This document shows positions 51,958-64,000 of a stretch of DNA of 64,000 nt, piece by piece (positions within the stretch are counted from its first letter, which is position 1; each line of letters starts with the position of its first letter). The stretch comes from Haliotis cracherodii (Eukaryota), in contig NW_027266271.1 of the NCBI RefSeq assembly GCF_022045235.1, positions 14,012,001 to 14,076,000 on the forward strand. The letters run 5' to 3'. The notes under the pieces are model-generated. The model was not told the origin of the DNA and did no database searches. It saw only the letters and a list, made by a program, of their open reading frames with translations. The position numbers and the translations under genes are program-made.

Positions 51958-54900
51958 TTATTTGAGGACAGTAATTGCTCTGGTTTCCTATAATATATCT
52001 CTTAGACACAGTCAAACTGTGGAACCATTAGTGCTTCAATATACATTTTCAACGACTGACAATTGGCTGGCATTCCGATGGCCCAGGCGAAGCTGTTCAA
52101 AGTGGAAACTGATGTCATTTCCTATTGATTGTTAACTGACACACAATGCCAGAGATGGAGATCCCTGATTTTTCTTAAACAAGCGAGAAAATCAGACAGC
52201 GAGTTGAACTTAATGCTCCTTTAAATAGTATGTCGGTTATTTTTCCGTGTGTCAGCTTAGTGAGAGTCGAAAAATTGAATTGACGCAGAGGATATCTCTG
52301 AAAGGAATATTATCGGAACGAAGCTTCGACCAGAGAGTCCTGGAACGTCTAAGGGATGTAAATATGCATAGAGAACTATGGCGTAAATATGACTGTGTAA
52401 CACGTCTTAATATTGTAAGTCTCTTAGATTGTACATGTGCTATATATGTATTGTTATCCCTTTATGGGAGTTGTTCGGTTTTTTCTTGTTGTCAAAAGCA
52501 AATAAAAATTAAATCTAATCATGATCCTGTGTTGTCTGCCTGATGTTCCATTTCAGGAAGACCTGGTGTCAATATTGTCTAGTTATTCTATTAAGTGTGA
52601 CAATTTGACATTCTTCAGGAAAAGGAATATTTCTCTAATTTTTTTATGTTTTTCTTGAGTTTATTATCACATCTTGAAGCCACTACTTTATAATTGGCCT
52701 TTACATGCCTACGTGGCTGAAGGCTCCTAGGGCTTTGTCTGTTCTGATAGCAAAAGGCTGGATTTTATATAATAAGCAGTAGAAAGAAAAATAGTAGAAA
52801 TGAAGGAATAGCAGAGAAGTAAATGGATAGTGGTTGATGAGAAAGTGACGAGTTTGATCAAATATGCTGCTTCTCGACAATAGGGTTGTCGCCAAAAAGT
52901 CTATCCCATTTGGACAGAACAAATATCTACATTTTACACATTGCAAGCATACAAAATACAGGCAAAAGATCATGTTGTCCAGCGCTGGAGATATTCTCTA
53001 TTTTAAACAAAACCGCAACAATAAATAGTACAGCATTATCATTCAACCGTATCTCATCTAACATGCGTCAACTTTTGTAACTGCATTACTCTGAACCTTC
53101 ATTCCAGTTGTATTGTTTTTCTTACCACAAATCTGCAATTTCTCTCACCGTTCATCATTTGGAAATGATTAGATAAACATGTTCTATCAGTTCATTTTCC
53201 CGACATGCATGTATCTCATCCAATATCAGATATAAAACGAACACGCCAGGTTTTTGACTAAATGCAAAACTATTTTCATACACAACATATTTAATTTAAA
53301 TGCCAGAAAAAAACATGTAAATCTGTCAAAAGACGAGAAACAGAGGCAGTGGACATGACATCATGTTGGTAGACATGGAATGGTTTCAGAAGTGATGGAA
53401 TTCGAATATGATTAGTAAACACAACATGGTGCCAGTAGTCACAGAGATGTTCCTTGTATCTGTTCATATAGAACAAGATATCCGTTATCATTAATTAATG
53501 CTGTACTTAGAAGATGTAGACTGATTTAAATACAGAATAACTGTGTTTGACCTAAAAAAAACTATCCGATGCCGATATTCAGTCACTTTTTATGAATATT
53601 CTTTATCGTATATGGTTCGTCCATTTAATAAATAAGCAGTGGTTTGTTGTTTTCATTTATATCCATATTTATATATTCTGCCCATATTTCATGTACTATG
53701 CAAATTACCACTGTGATAAATAGCATACCACAAATGTTAACAACAAATGTAACGCGAATCTATTGCAAACAAAGCAACATCTTGCAATATTCATTCTTAA
53801 CGTGTCTCTATTATGCTTTTATATTTGTTATTGGGTGTGTTTTCACAATTTAAGGTGTATACATACATTTTAATGTCGTAAAGTTTATCTCAAGTTTGAC
53901 TCCATGCCTCATTTCTAAGTAGGATTAATTCCACATCGTCTATCTGAATCCAGTTTCGATAATGACATTTCCACAACATCCAGTGCGACACGAGCTCACA
54001 CAGCAGTTGTTTTATGCACCCGACATGCTATGGAGAACAATCATATCATTATTATCTGTATTATTTGTCAAAACCCTCAATAATATATACACTGTACAAT
54101 TCCAACCATGCATGGAAAGAATATTTCACAATTGTTGTGATTGAGCAATAACTGCAAATTAATCATTTCCTCTGGGTTTCTTCACACACTTTATTCAGTA
54201 TATAAAGTATAATAGAAAAAATTATGCTCTTTGTGTCAGACTTCAATACAAAGTGCATCTATGAAATGTAACTGTTGCTTGAACATAGAGAAAATATCCA
54301 TTTCACAAGAAGACAAATACATTTACAGTGTTAAACAGATTGTTATAGATTATATGATATCGGGTGTATGATAACCTTATTAGGTTCTATAACATCGCTA
54401 TCAACTCAAAAGCATGTGCATAGGGAAACTGTTGCACTGGATTTAATGATCTTAAACTTATCAGTTAAAATAGAGAAGTTGATCATCCACACTATCTTGT
54501 TATCAATTACCAGTTGTTTTAGTTAACTGCGGAAACAAACTCACCTGTGTATATAATGAGATATTTGGTAAGAAAACAAGCACGTTTCTTACCATATTGA
54601 TTTCTTACTTCTTCATGAATAAATACGAAATAAACATATTGGTACAGTACATACAGTACGTTCATAGTATCTAATAGTTCATCTTTCTAACGGATATCCA
54701 TTTTAAACACCCTTGACGCAATTTTAGGATTGTTTCTTGGAATGGGAATAGTTTTCTTCAGGTGGCGCTTTTCGTTTTCTAAAGAAGCCATCATCTCGGC
54801 TCTTCATTTACGGAACGTGTGACTTTATCCACGCAGCGTGTGCGGAATGAATGAGCCTTGCATGGTGCATAGTCAGAAAGTTCCTTTCTTGAACAAATTC

Positions 54901-55466
54901 CGGAAAAGATGGATGCCACTTACTTAGTGTCAAACGCAAACAAACTTCATTCCACTTTAGATGATTGTCAGAACACAGGTTTAAGTTTCATTGACGACTC
55001 CCGACATCACAGTAATTACAATGATCGTAAGTTCACTGACGTCAACAGCGTTTTCAATCTATTTAAATCATTTCCGAATGCTAATTCAACTAATTGAATA
55101 GTAAAAATCACTGGACGCAAATGCCTTACCTAATGTGATCATGTTCTATTGTTTGTAAAGGATTAACTATTGATCGCTAATTTGATACTTAACGGCCTTT
55201 AATCCCCCGATCCCAACATGCTCTTTGGCACTTGTCACGTGACCACAGCAGCAAAAGTAAACATTACAGTGTCACGTTCCCAATAATGCTAAGAGCGTTG
55301 GCGTGACATTGTAAAGTGATCAGTGTCACTTTGCGTTTGGCCACGTGGTGTTGGAAAAGGGGTATTAAACGTGATTTGTAGAGAGCCTAACATCACTGTT
55401 CTCTGGCAATTGAACATACAGCTAATGTTCATTTTTGTAACCGGATAACTCATACAACTAAGCAGC

Positions 55467-56845
55467 ATGAAGAGATGTGGATCTGAGCTCTGTCTCCTTG
55501 AGAGCGACCTCTTAGAAAACACAACAAACACGTTTAACAGAGATAGTGAAGGTGAGTTAATACGCAATGGTATTAAGTATGTAATCGATAAACTCAAATA
55601 AATGAACTCATAATATTCGTTGTTCCGTTCCGTATCTCTAAGCATAAAAAATACTTGTTCTGAAGAAAACATAAAAAACTTCATCTTTTATATGAAACTA
55701 TGCAAAGCCCTTTCAAAATATATCTTACTTGCGCATGAAACAAGTGTCCATGTCAAATGAATGGCTATATTTATGTAACATTTTCAGATGCAAGATCGTC
55801 GGGCTATGAATCGTGTGACTCATTCACCCAAGCCTCGTCATCACCTTCAACTCCATCCTCCAAAGTCAGAGCTTCATCTAGCGGCCACAAGGAGGTAACG
55901 ATGTACAGCAACATGGCCGACATGTCAGAAAGTCTACAGTACATCACTAGTATGCCGGAGTTGTGTGACGTCACTTTTCTAGTTGGCAACCGGCACCTTC
56001 CCATTCATGGAGTTAAAGCAATCCTGGCTACCAGGAGCAGGTAAATATCCCTTACAATTGAAACACGCCAATGGTCTTTTATTCGGAAACTTTTAGAAGT
56101 AAACACCGTGATAAATGTGTGTATTCCAAATTGAAGCACATGCAACAACATGATTATCTGGCAGTAAGGATTTGAGAAAGTAGCAGTGCTTCAACACATA
56201 CATTTCATCCCTGCCCTTTTATAATTATTCACACGTGCAGAGATGAGTTTCCTATGAGATCTGTAGATGGAAATATAAATAGTTTCCCTTCATCTTTCCA
56301 GGGTTTTCTATCAGATGATCTTGCATCACCAGAGGAAGGTCACAGAGTCGGTGAAACCTAAATCTCGACTGAGGATGAGACCCAAGTCGTCAACTGTCAA
56401 TATGCACAGCAAACTCCAGATCCCAATCCCAGACTACGACCATGTTGTCTTTTCCAGTCTTCTTAACTTCTTACACTCCGGCCGAGTTCGAGTACAACTT
56501 GGAACAGTCACAGGTGAGCAGTAAAATGTGTTTGGAGGAAGAAAAACCTTTCTTCTTATGACATTCGATATTGAAGCATTTACTCCTTTACTGTAATAAA
56601 CTGTAATATCAACAGTGAATTGTAATATGTTATTATGAATATAATTTCAATGGCTGCTTCTTATTTGTACAGGTTTATTCTGTGCTGCCATAGAATTTGG
56701 ACTGAAGGATCTGCAGAAAGCATGCTGGGACTTCTTAAAACGGTGTGTAGGTGAAGATCAGAAGAGGGCTTTGATGACGTCAACACAACACTATCTTAAG
56801 AAGAAGGGAGCTCAGAAAATCTTGTCCCAAGTGTGCAGGTTGTGA
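55467..56845 (+). CDS. BTB/POZ protein, copy 7
   Basis: Exons 55467-55551, 55788-56040, 56302-56513, 56673-56845. Confidence 0.85.
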
Positions 56846-59800
56846 TTATTTGAGGACAGTAATTGCTCTGGTTTCCTATAATATATCTCTTAGACACAGT
56901 CAAACTGTGGAACCATTAGTGCTTCAATATACATTTTCAACGACTGACAATTGGCTGGCATTCCGATAGCCCAGGCGAAGCTGTTCAAAGTGGAAACTGA
57001 TGTCATTTCCTATTGATTGTTAACTGACACACAATGCCAGAGATGGAGATCCCTGATTTTTCTTAAACAAGCGAGAAAATCAGACAGCGAGTTGAACTTA
57101 ATGCTCCTTTAAATAGTATGTCGGTTATTTTTCCGTGTGTTAGCTTAGTGAGAGACGAAAAATTGAATTGACGCAGAGGATATCTCTGAAAGGAATATTA
57201 TCGGAACGAAGCTTCGACCAGAGAGTCCTGGAACGTCTAAGGGATGTAAATATGCATAGAGAACTATGGCGTAAATATGACTGTGTAACACTTCTTAATA
57301 TTGTAAGTCTCTTAGATTGTACATGTGCTATATATGTATTGTTATCCCTTTATGGGAGTTGTTCGGTTTTTTCTTGTTGTCAAAAGCAAATAAAAATTAA
57401 ATCTAATCATGATCCTGTGTTGTCTGCCCGATGTTCCATTTCAGGAAGACCTGGTGTCAATATTGTCTAGTTATTCTATTAAGTGTGACAATTTGACATT
57501 CTTCAGGAAAAGGAATATTTCTCTAATTTTTTTATGTTTTTCTTGAGTTTATTATCACATCTTGAAGCCACTACTTTATAATTGGCCTTTACATGCCTAC
57601 GTGGCTGAAGGCTCCTAGGGCTTTGTCTGTTCTGATAGCAAAAGGCTGGATTTTATATAATAAGCAGTAGAAAGAAAAATAGTAGAAATGAAGGAATAGC
57701 AGAGAAGTAAATGGATAGTGGTTGATGAGAAAGTGACGAGTTTGATCAAATATGCTGCTTCTCGACAATAGGGTTGTCGCCAAAAAGTCGATCCCATTTG
57801 GACAGAACAAATATCTACATTTTACACATTGCAAGCATACAAAATACAGGCAAAAGATCATTTTGTCCAGCGCTGGAGATATTCTCTATTTTAAACAAAA
57901 CCGCAACAATAAATAGTACAGCATTATCATTCAACCGTATCTCATCTAACATGCGTCAACTTTTGTAACTGCATTACTCTGAACCTTCATTCCAGTTGTA
58001 TTGTTTTTCTTACCACAAATCTGCAATTTCTCTCACCGTTCATCATTTGGAAATGATTAGATAAACATGTTCTATCAGTTCATTTTCCCGACATGCATGT
58101 ATCTCATCCAATATCAGATATAAAACGAACACGCCAGGTTTTTGACTAAATGCAAAACTATTTTCATACACAACATATTTAATTTAAATGCCAGAAAAAA
58201 ACATGTAAATCTGTCAAAAGACGAGAAACAGAGGCAGTGGACACGACATCATGTTGGTAGACATGGAATGGTTTCAGAAGTGATGGAATTCGAATATGAT
58301 TAGTAAACACAGCATGGTGCCAGTAGTCACAGAGATGTTCCTTGTATCTGTTCATATAGAACAAGATATCCGTTATCATTAATTAATGCTGTACTTAGAA
58401 GATGTAGACTGATTTAAATACAGAATAACTGTGTTTGACCTAAAAAAAACTATCCGATGCCGATATTCAGTCACTTTTTATGAATATTCTTTATCGTATA
58501 TGGTTCGTCCATTTAATAAATAAGCAGTGGTTTGTTGTTTTCATTTATATCCATATTTATATATTCTGCCCATATTTCATGTACTATGCAAATTACCACT
58601 GTGATAAATAGCATACCACAAATGTTAACAACAAATGTAACGCGAATCTATTGCAAACAAAGCAACATCTTGCAATATTCATTCTTAACGTGTCTCTATT
58701 ATGCTTTTATATTTGTTATTGGGTGTGTTTTCACAATTTAAGGTGTATACATACATTTTAATGTCGTAAAGTTTATCTCAAGTTTGACTCCATGCCTCAT
58801 TTCTAAGTAGGATTAATTCCACATCGTCTATCTGAATCCAGTTTCGATAATGACATTTCCACAACATCCAGTGCGACACGAGCTCACACAGCAGTTGTTT
58901 TATGCACCCGACATGCTATGGAGAACAATCATATCATTATTATCTGTATTATTTGTCAAAACCCTCAATAATATATACACTGTACAATTCCAACCATGCA
59001 TGGAAAGAATATTTCACAATTGTTGTGATTGAGCAATAACTGCAAATTAATCATTTCCTCTGGGTTTCTTCACACACTTTATTCAGTATATAAAGTATAA
59101 TAGAAAAAATTATGCTCTTTGTGTCAGACTTCAATACAAAGTGCATCTATGAAATGTAACTGTTGTTTGAACATAGAGAAAATATCCATTTCACAAGAAG
59201 ACAAATACATTTACAGTGTTAAACAGATTGTTATAGATTATATGATATCGGGTGTATGATAACCTTATTAGGTTCTATAACATCGCCATCAACTCAAAAG
59301 CATGTGCATAGGGAAACTGTTGCACTGGATTTAATGATCTTAAACTTATCAGTTAAAATAGAGAAGTTGATCATCCACACTATCTTGTTATCAATTACCA
59401 GTTGTTTTAGTTAACTGCGGAAACAAACTCACCTGTGTATATAATGAGATATTTGGTAAGAAAACAAGCACGTTTCTTACCATATTGATTTCTTACTTCT
59501 TCATGAATAAATACGAAATAAACATATTGGTACAGTACATACAGTACGTTCATAGTATCTAATAGTTCATCTTTCTAATGGATATCCATTTTAAACACCC
59601 TTGACGCAATTTTAGGATTGTTTCTTGGAATGGGAATAGTTTTCTTCAGGTGGCGCTTTTCGTTTTCTAAAGAAGCCATCATCTCGGCTCTTCATTTACG
59701 GAACGTGTGACTTTATCCACGCAGCGTGTGCGGAATGAATGAGCCTTGCATGGTGCATAGTCAGAAAGTTCCTTTCTTGAACAAATTCCGGAAAAGATGG

Positions 59801-60354
59801 ATGCCACTTATTTAGTGTCAAACGCAAACAAACTTCATTCCACTTTAGATGATTGTCAGAACACAGGTTTAAGTTTCATTGACGACTCCCGACATCACAG
59901 TAATTACAATGACCGTAAGTTCACTGACGTCAGCAGCGTTTTCAATCTATTTAAATCATTTCCGAATGCTAATTCAACTAATTGAATAGTAAAAATCACT
60001 GGACGCAAATGCCTTACCTAATGTGATCATGTTCTATTGTTTGTAAAGGATTAACTATTGATCGCTAAATTGATACTTAACGGCCTTTAATCCCCCGATC
60101 CCAAAATGCTCTTTGGCACTTGTCACGTGACCACAGCAGCAAAAGTAAACATTACAGTGTCACGTTCCCAATAATGCTAAGAGCGTTGGCGTGACATTGT
60201 AAAGTGATCAGTGTCACTTTGCGTTTGGCCACGTGGTGTTGGAAAAGGGGTATTAAACGTGATTTGTAGAGAGCCTAACATCACTGTTCTCTGGCAATTG
60301 AACATACAGCTAATGTTCATTTTTGTAACCGGATAACTCATACAACTAAGCAGC

Positions 60355-61733
60355 ATGAAGAGATGTGGATCTGAGCTCTGTCTCCTTGAGAGCGACCTCT
60401 TAGAAAACACAACAAACACGTTTAACAGAGATAGTGAAGGTGAGTTAATACGCAATGGTATTATGTATGTAATCGATAAACTCAAATAAATGAACTCATA
60501 ATATTCGTTGTTCCGTTCCGTATCTCTAAGCATAAAAAATACTTGTTCTGAAGAAAACATAAAAAACTTCATCTTTTATATGAAACTATGCAAAGCCCTT
60601 TCAAAATATATCTTACTTGCGCATGAAACAAGTGTCCATGTCAAATGAATGGCTATATTTATGTAACATTTTCAGATGCAAGATCGTCGGGCTATGAATC
60701 GTGTGACTCATTCACCCAAGCCTCGTCATCACCTTCAACTCCATCCTCCAAAGTCAGAGCTTCATCTAGCGGCCACAAGGAGGTAATGATGTACAGCAAC
60801 ATGGCCGACATGTCAGAAAGTCTACAGTACATCACTAGTATGCCGGAGTTGTGTGACGTCACTTTTCTAGTTGGCAACCGGCACCTTCCCATTCATGGAG
60901 TTAAAGCAATCCTGGCTACCAGGAGCAGGTAAATATCCCTTACAATTGAAACACGCCAATGGTCTTTTATTCGGAAACTTTTAGAAGTAAACACCGTGAT
61001 AAATGTGTGTATTCCAAATTGAAGCACATGCAACAACATGATTATCTGGCAGTAAGGATTTGAGAAAGTAGCAGTGCTTCAACACATACATTTCATCCCT
61101 GCCCTTTTATAATTATTCACACGTGCAGAGATGAGTTTCCTATGAGATCTGTAGATGAAAATATAAATAGTTTCCCTTCATCTTTCCAGGGTTTTCTATC
61201 AGATGATCTTGCATCACCAGAGGAAGGTCACAGAGTCGGTGAAACCTAAATCTCGACTGAGGATGAGACCCAAGTCGTCAACTGTCAATCTGCACAGCAA
61301 ACTCCAGATCCCAATCCCAGACTACGACCATGTTGTCTTTTCCAGTCTTCTTAACTTCTTACACTCCGGCCGAGTTCGAGTACAACTTGGAACAGTCACA
61401 GGTGAGCAGTAAAATGTGTTTGGAGGAAGAAAAACCTTTCTTCTTATGACATTCGATATTGAAGCATTTACTCCTTTACTGTAATAAACTGTAATATCAA
61501 CAGTGAATTGTAATATGTTATTATGAATATAATTTCAATGGCTGCTTCTTATTTGTACAGGTTTATTCTGTGCTGCCATAGAATTTGGACTGAAGGATCT
61601 GCAGAAAGCATGCTGGGACTTCTTAAAACGGTGTGTAGGTGAAGATCAGAAGAGGGCTTTGATGACGTCAACACAACACTATCTTAAGAAGAAGGGAGCT
61701 CAGAAAATCTTGTCCCAAGTGTGCAGATTGTGA
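60355..61733 (+). CDS. BTB/POZ protein, copy 8
   Basis: Exons 60355-60439, 60676-60928, 61190-61401, 61561-61733. Confidence 0.85.
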
Positions 61734-63184
61734 TTATTTGAGGACAGTAATTGCTCTGGTTTCCTATAATATATCTCTTAGACACAGTCAAACTGTGAAA
61801 CCATTAGTGCTTCAATATACATTTTCAACGACTGACAATTGGCTGGCATTCCGATAGCCCAGGCGAAGCTGTTCAAAGTGGAAACTGATGTCATTTCCTA
61901 TTGATTGTTAACTGACACACAATGCCAGAGATGGAGATCCCTGATTTTTCTTAAACAAGCGAGAAAATCAGACAGCGAGTTGAACTTAATGCTCCTTTAA
62001 ATAGTATGTCAGTTATTTTTCCGTGTGTCAGCTTAGTGAGAGACGAAAAATTGAATTGACGCAGAGGATATCTCTGAAAGGAATATTATCGGAACGAAGC
62101 TTCGACCAGAGAGTCCTGGAACGTCTAAGGGATGTAACTATGCATAGAGAACTATGGCGTAAATATGACTGTGTAACACTTCTTAATATTGTAAGTCTCC
62201 TAGATTGTACAAGGGCTATATATGTATTGTTATCCCTTTATGGGAGTTGTTCGGTTTTTTATTGTTGTCAAATGCAAATAAATCTTAAATTTAATCATGA
62301 TCCTGTGTTGTCTGCCTGATGTTCCATTTCAGGAAGACCTGGTGTCAATATTGTCTAGTTATTCTATTAAGTGTGACAATTTGACATTCTTCAGGAAAAG
62401 GAATATTTCTCTAATTCTTTAATGTTTTCCTTGAGTTTATTATCACATCTTGAAGCCACTACTTTATAATTGACCCTTACATGCCCACCTGGCTGAAGGC
62501 TCCTAGGGCTTTGTCTGTTCTGATAGCAAAAGGCTGGATTTTATATAATAAGCAATAGAAAGAAAAATAGCAGAAATGAAGGAATAGCAGAGAAGTAAAT
62601 GGATAGTGGTTGATGAGAAAGTGACGAGTTTGATCAAATATGCTGCTTCTCGACAATAGGGTTGTCGCCAAAAGGCCTATCCCATTTGGACAGAACAAAT
62701 ATCTACATTTTACACATTGCAAGCATATAAAATACAGGCAAAAGATCCTTTCGTCCAGCGCTGGAGATATTCTCTGTTTTAAACAAACCCGCAACAATAA
62801 ATAGTACAGCATTATCATTCAACCGTATCTCATCTAACATGCGTCAACTTTTGTAACTGCATTACTCTGAACCTTCATTCCAGTTGTATTGTTTTTTCTT
62901 ACCACAAATCTGCAATTTCTCTCACCGTTCATCATTTGGAAATGATTAATTAAACATGTTCTATCAGTTCATTTTCCCGACACGCATGTATCTCATCCAA
63001 TAACACATATAAATTGAACACGCCAGTTTTAGTTTTTGACGAGACGAGAAACAGAGGCAGTGGACATGACATCGTGTTGGTAGACGTGGAATGGTTTCAG
63101 AAGTGATGGAATTCGAATATGATTAGTAAACACAACATGGTGCCAGTAGTCACAGAGATGTTCCTTGTATCTGTTCATATAGAT

Positions 63185-64000
63185 AGAGGTTATCACGCGA
63201 GTGTGTTTGGGGATGGTAAGTATCCTGCATTAGGAATAAACATTGTATTTAGCGCGTGTTTATTCCTAATAATGGATATTTACCATCCCCAAACACACAA
63301 GCGTGATAACCTCTTGATCATATAATGTCATTCTTTAATTCTCTGCTTCAAAAGCGCTTTCCCTCTCTCACAAACATTACCGAAACCTTGCGAGTTTTCC
63401 TGGAATGCGCGCAATAATATTTATTACGTCACAAGGTAAGTGATGTGTCAGTCGGACAGTGACAGTAGCCAATATAGTTCCAACTGAATTGTCTTTCTTA
63501 TGCAGTGACGAAGCAACATATACGCAAAACAAACAATTCTTTTTAATTGCCTTTCACGGCAATCCATCGGTCTGTCTGCTAGAGTAACTGCCCTTTGTCG
63601 AAGCCACGGTCAGACGTTGTTGACAGTCGGTCTTTCCTGTCACAACGTTAAGAAATTAGTCAGATGTACACACAGCGACAAAACGAAACAGGGTAACAAT
63701 TCAAACATATTTAAGCCAAATCCAACTAATTTGTGGAGAAAGGTTCAAGCCGCAGAGGTCTACAAGCACAGATATGGCTACTGATCCCGCTTGGCTAGGC
63801 CTCGTGCCCTCGCAAAATTGTGTTGAAATTTATGTATGCAAAATTGCCAAAACATATAAAATGCCTTTGCTACGTCACAGTAAGACACTGATTTTCAGTA
63901 TATTAGACTGTTCTTTTGATAATGAAAGCAAGTATCTCTGTAGTTTATCCAGATTCCCGATGGTTAAATCGGACTCGATCGCCGAATGACGAGGGCGACG
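63185..64000. mobile_element. Hairpin-terminated element interrupting array unit 8
   Basis: 130-bp imperfect palindrome 63185-63314 starts exactly where unit homology stops; right end not seen. Confidence 0.55.

Larger units (their letters stand above)
25520..63183 (+). repeat. Tandem segmental array, 8 units of ~4.89 kb (last unit truncated)
   Basis: ATG-to-ATG spacings 4865, 4890, 4890, 4888, 4889, 4888, 4888; ORF track repeats with the same period; left boundary approximate. Confidence 0.97.

Noticed and set aside
31022-63183. Array unit as a transposon or viral concatemer
   Set aside because: No transposase, RT, integrase, LTR or TIR in the unit; it carries an intron-containing host gene

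Overview
Eukaryotic (animal) genomic DNA, AT-rich, with GT-AG introns and one N gap. The SINE families look molluscan, possibly abalone-like gastropod (inference). 1-10.9 kb is intergenic: nested SINEs, a decayed mariner, palindromes and a 43-bp minisatellite. 10.96-21.72 kb holds an 11-exon + strand gene that I assembled by hand into one phase-consistent 1345-aa ORF. Its architecture is signal peptide, Methyltransf_FA (FAMeT-like) domain, about 5 cadherin repeats, Thr-rich stalk, TM helix, then a ~545-aa acidic tail ending in a Lys-rich tract. 23.6-24.7 kb is a decayed Tc1. From ~25.5 to 63.2 kb lies a head-to-tail array of 8 units of ~4.89 kb, each carrying an intact spliced BTB/POZ gene resembling the N-terminus of serine-enriched protein/gprs. 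Copy 1 is diverged and carries a SINE, copy 2 is intermediate, and copies 3-8 are near-identical. The array is cut on the right by a hairpin-ended element. Most ORF-track entries are spurious or are exon fragments. All domain calls come from motif recognition, not database searches.
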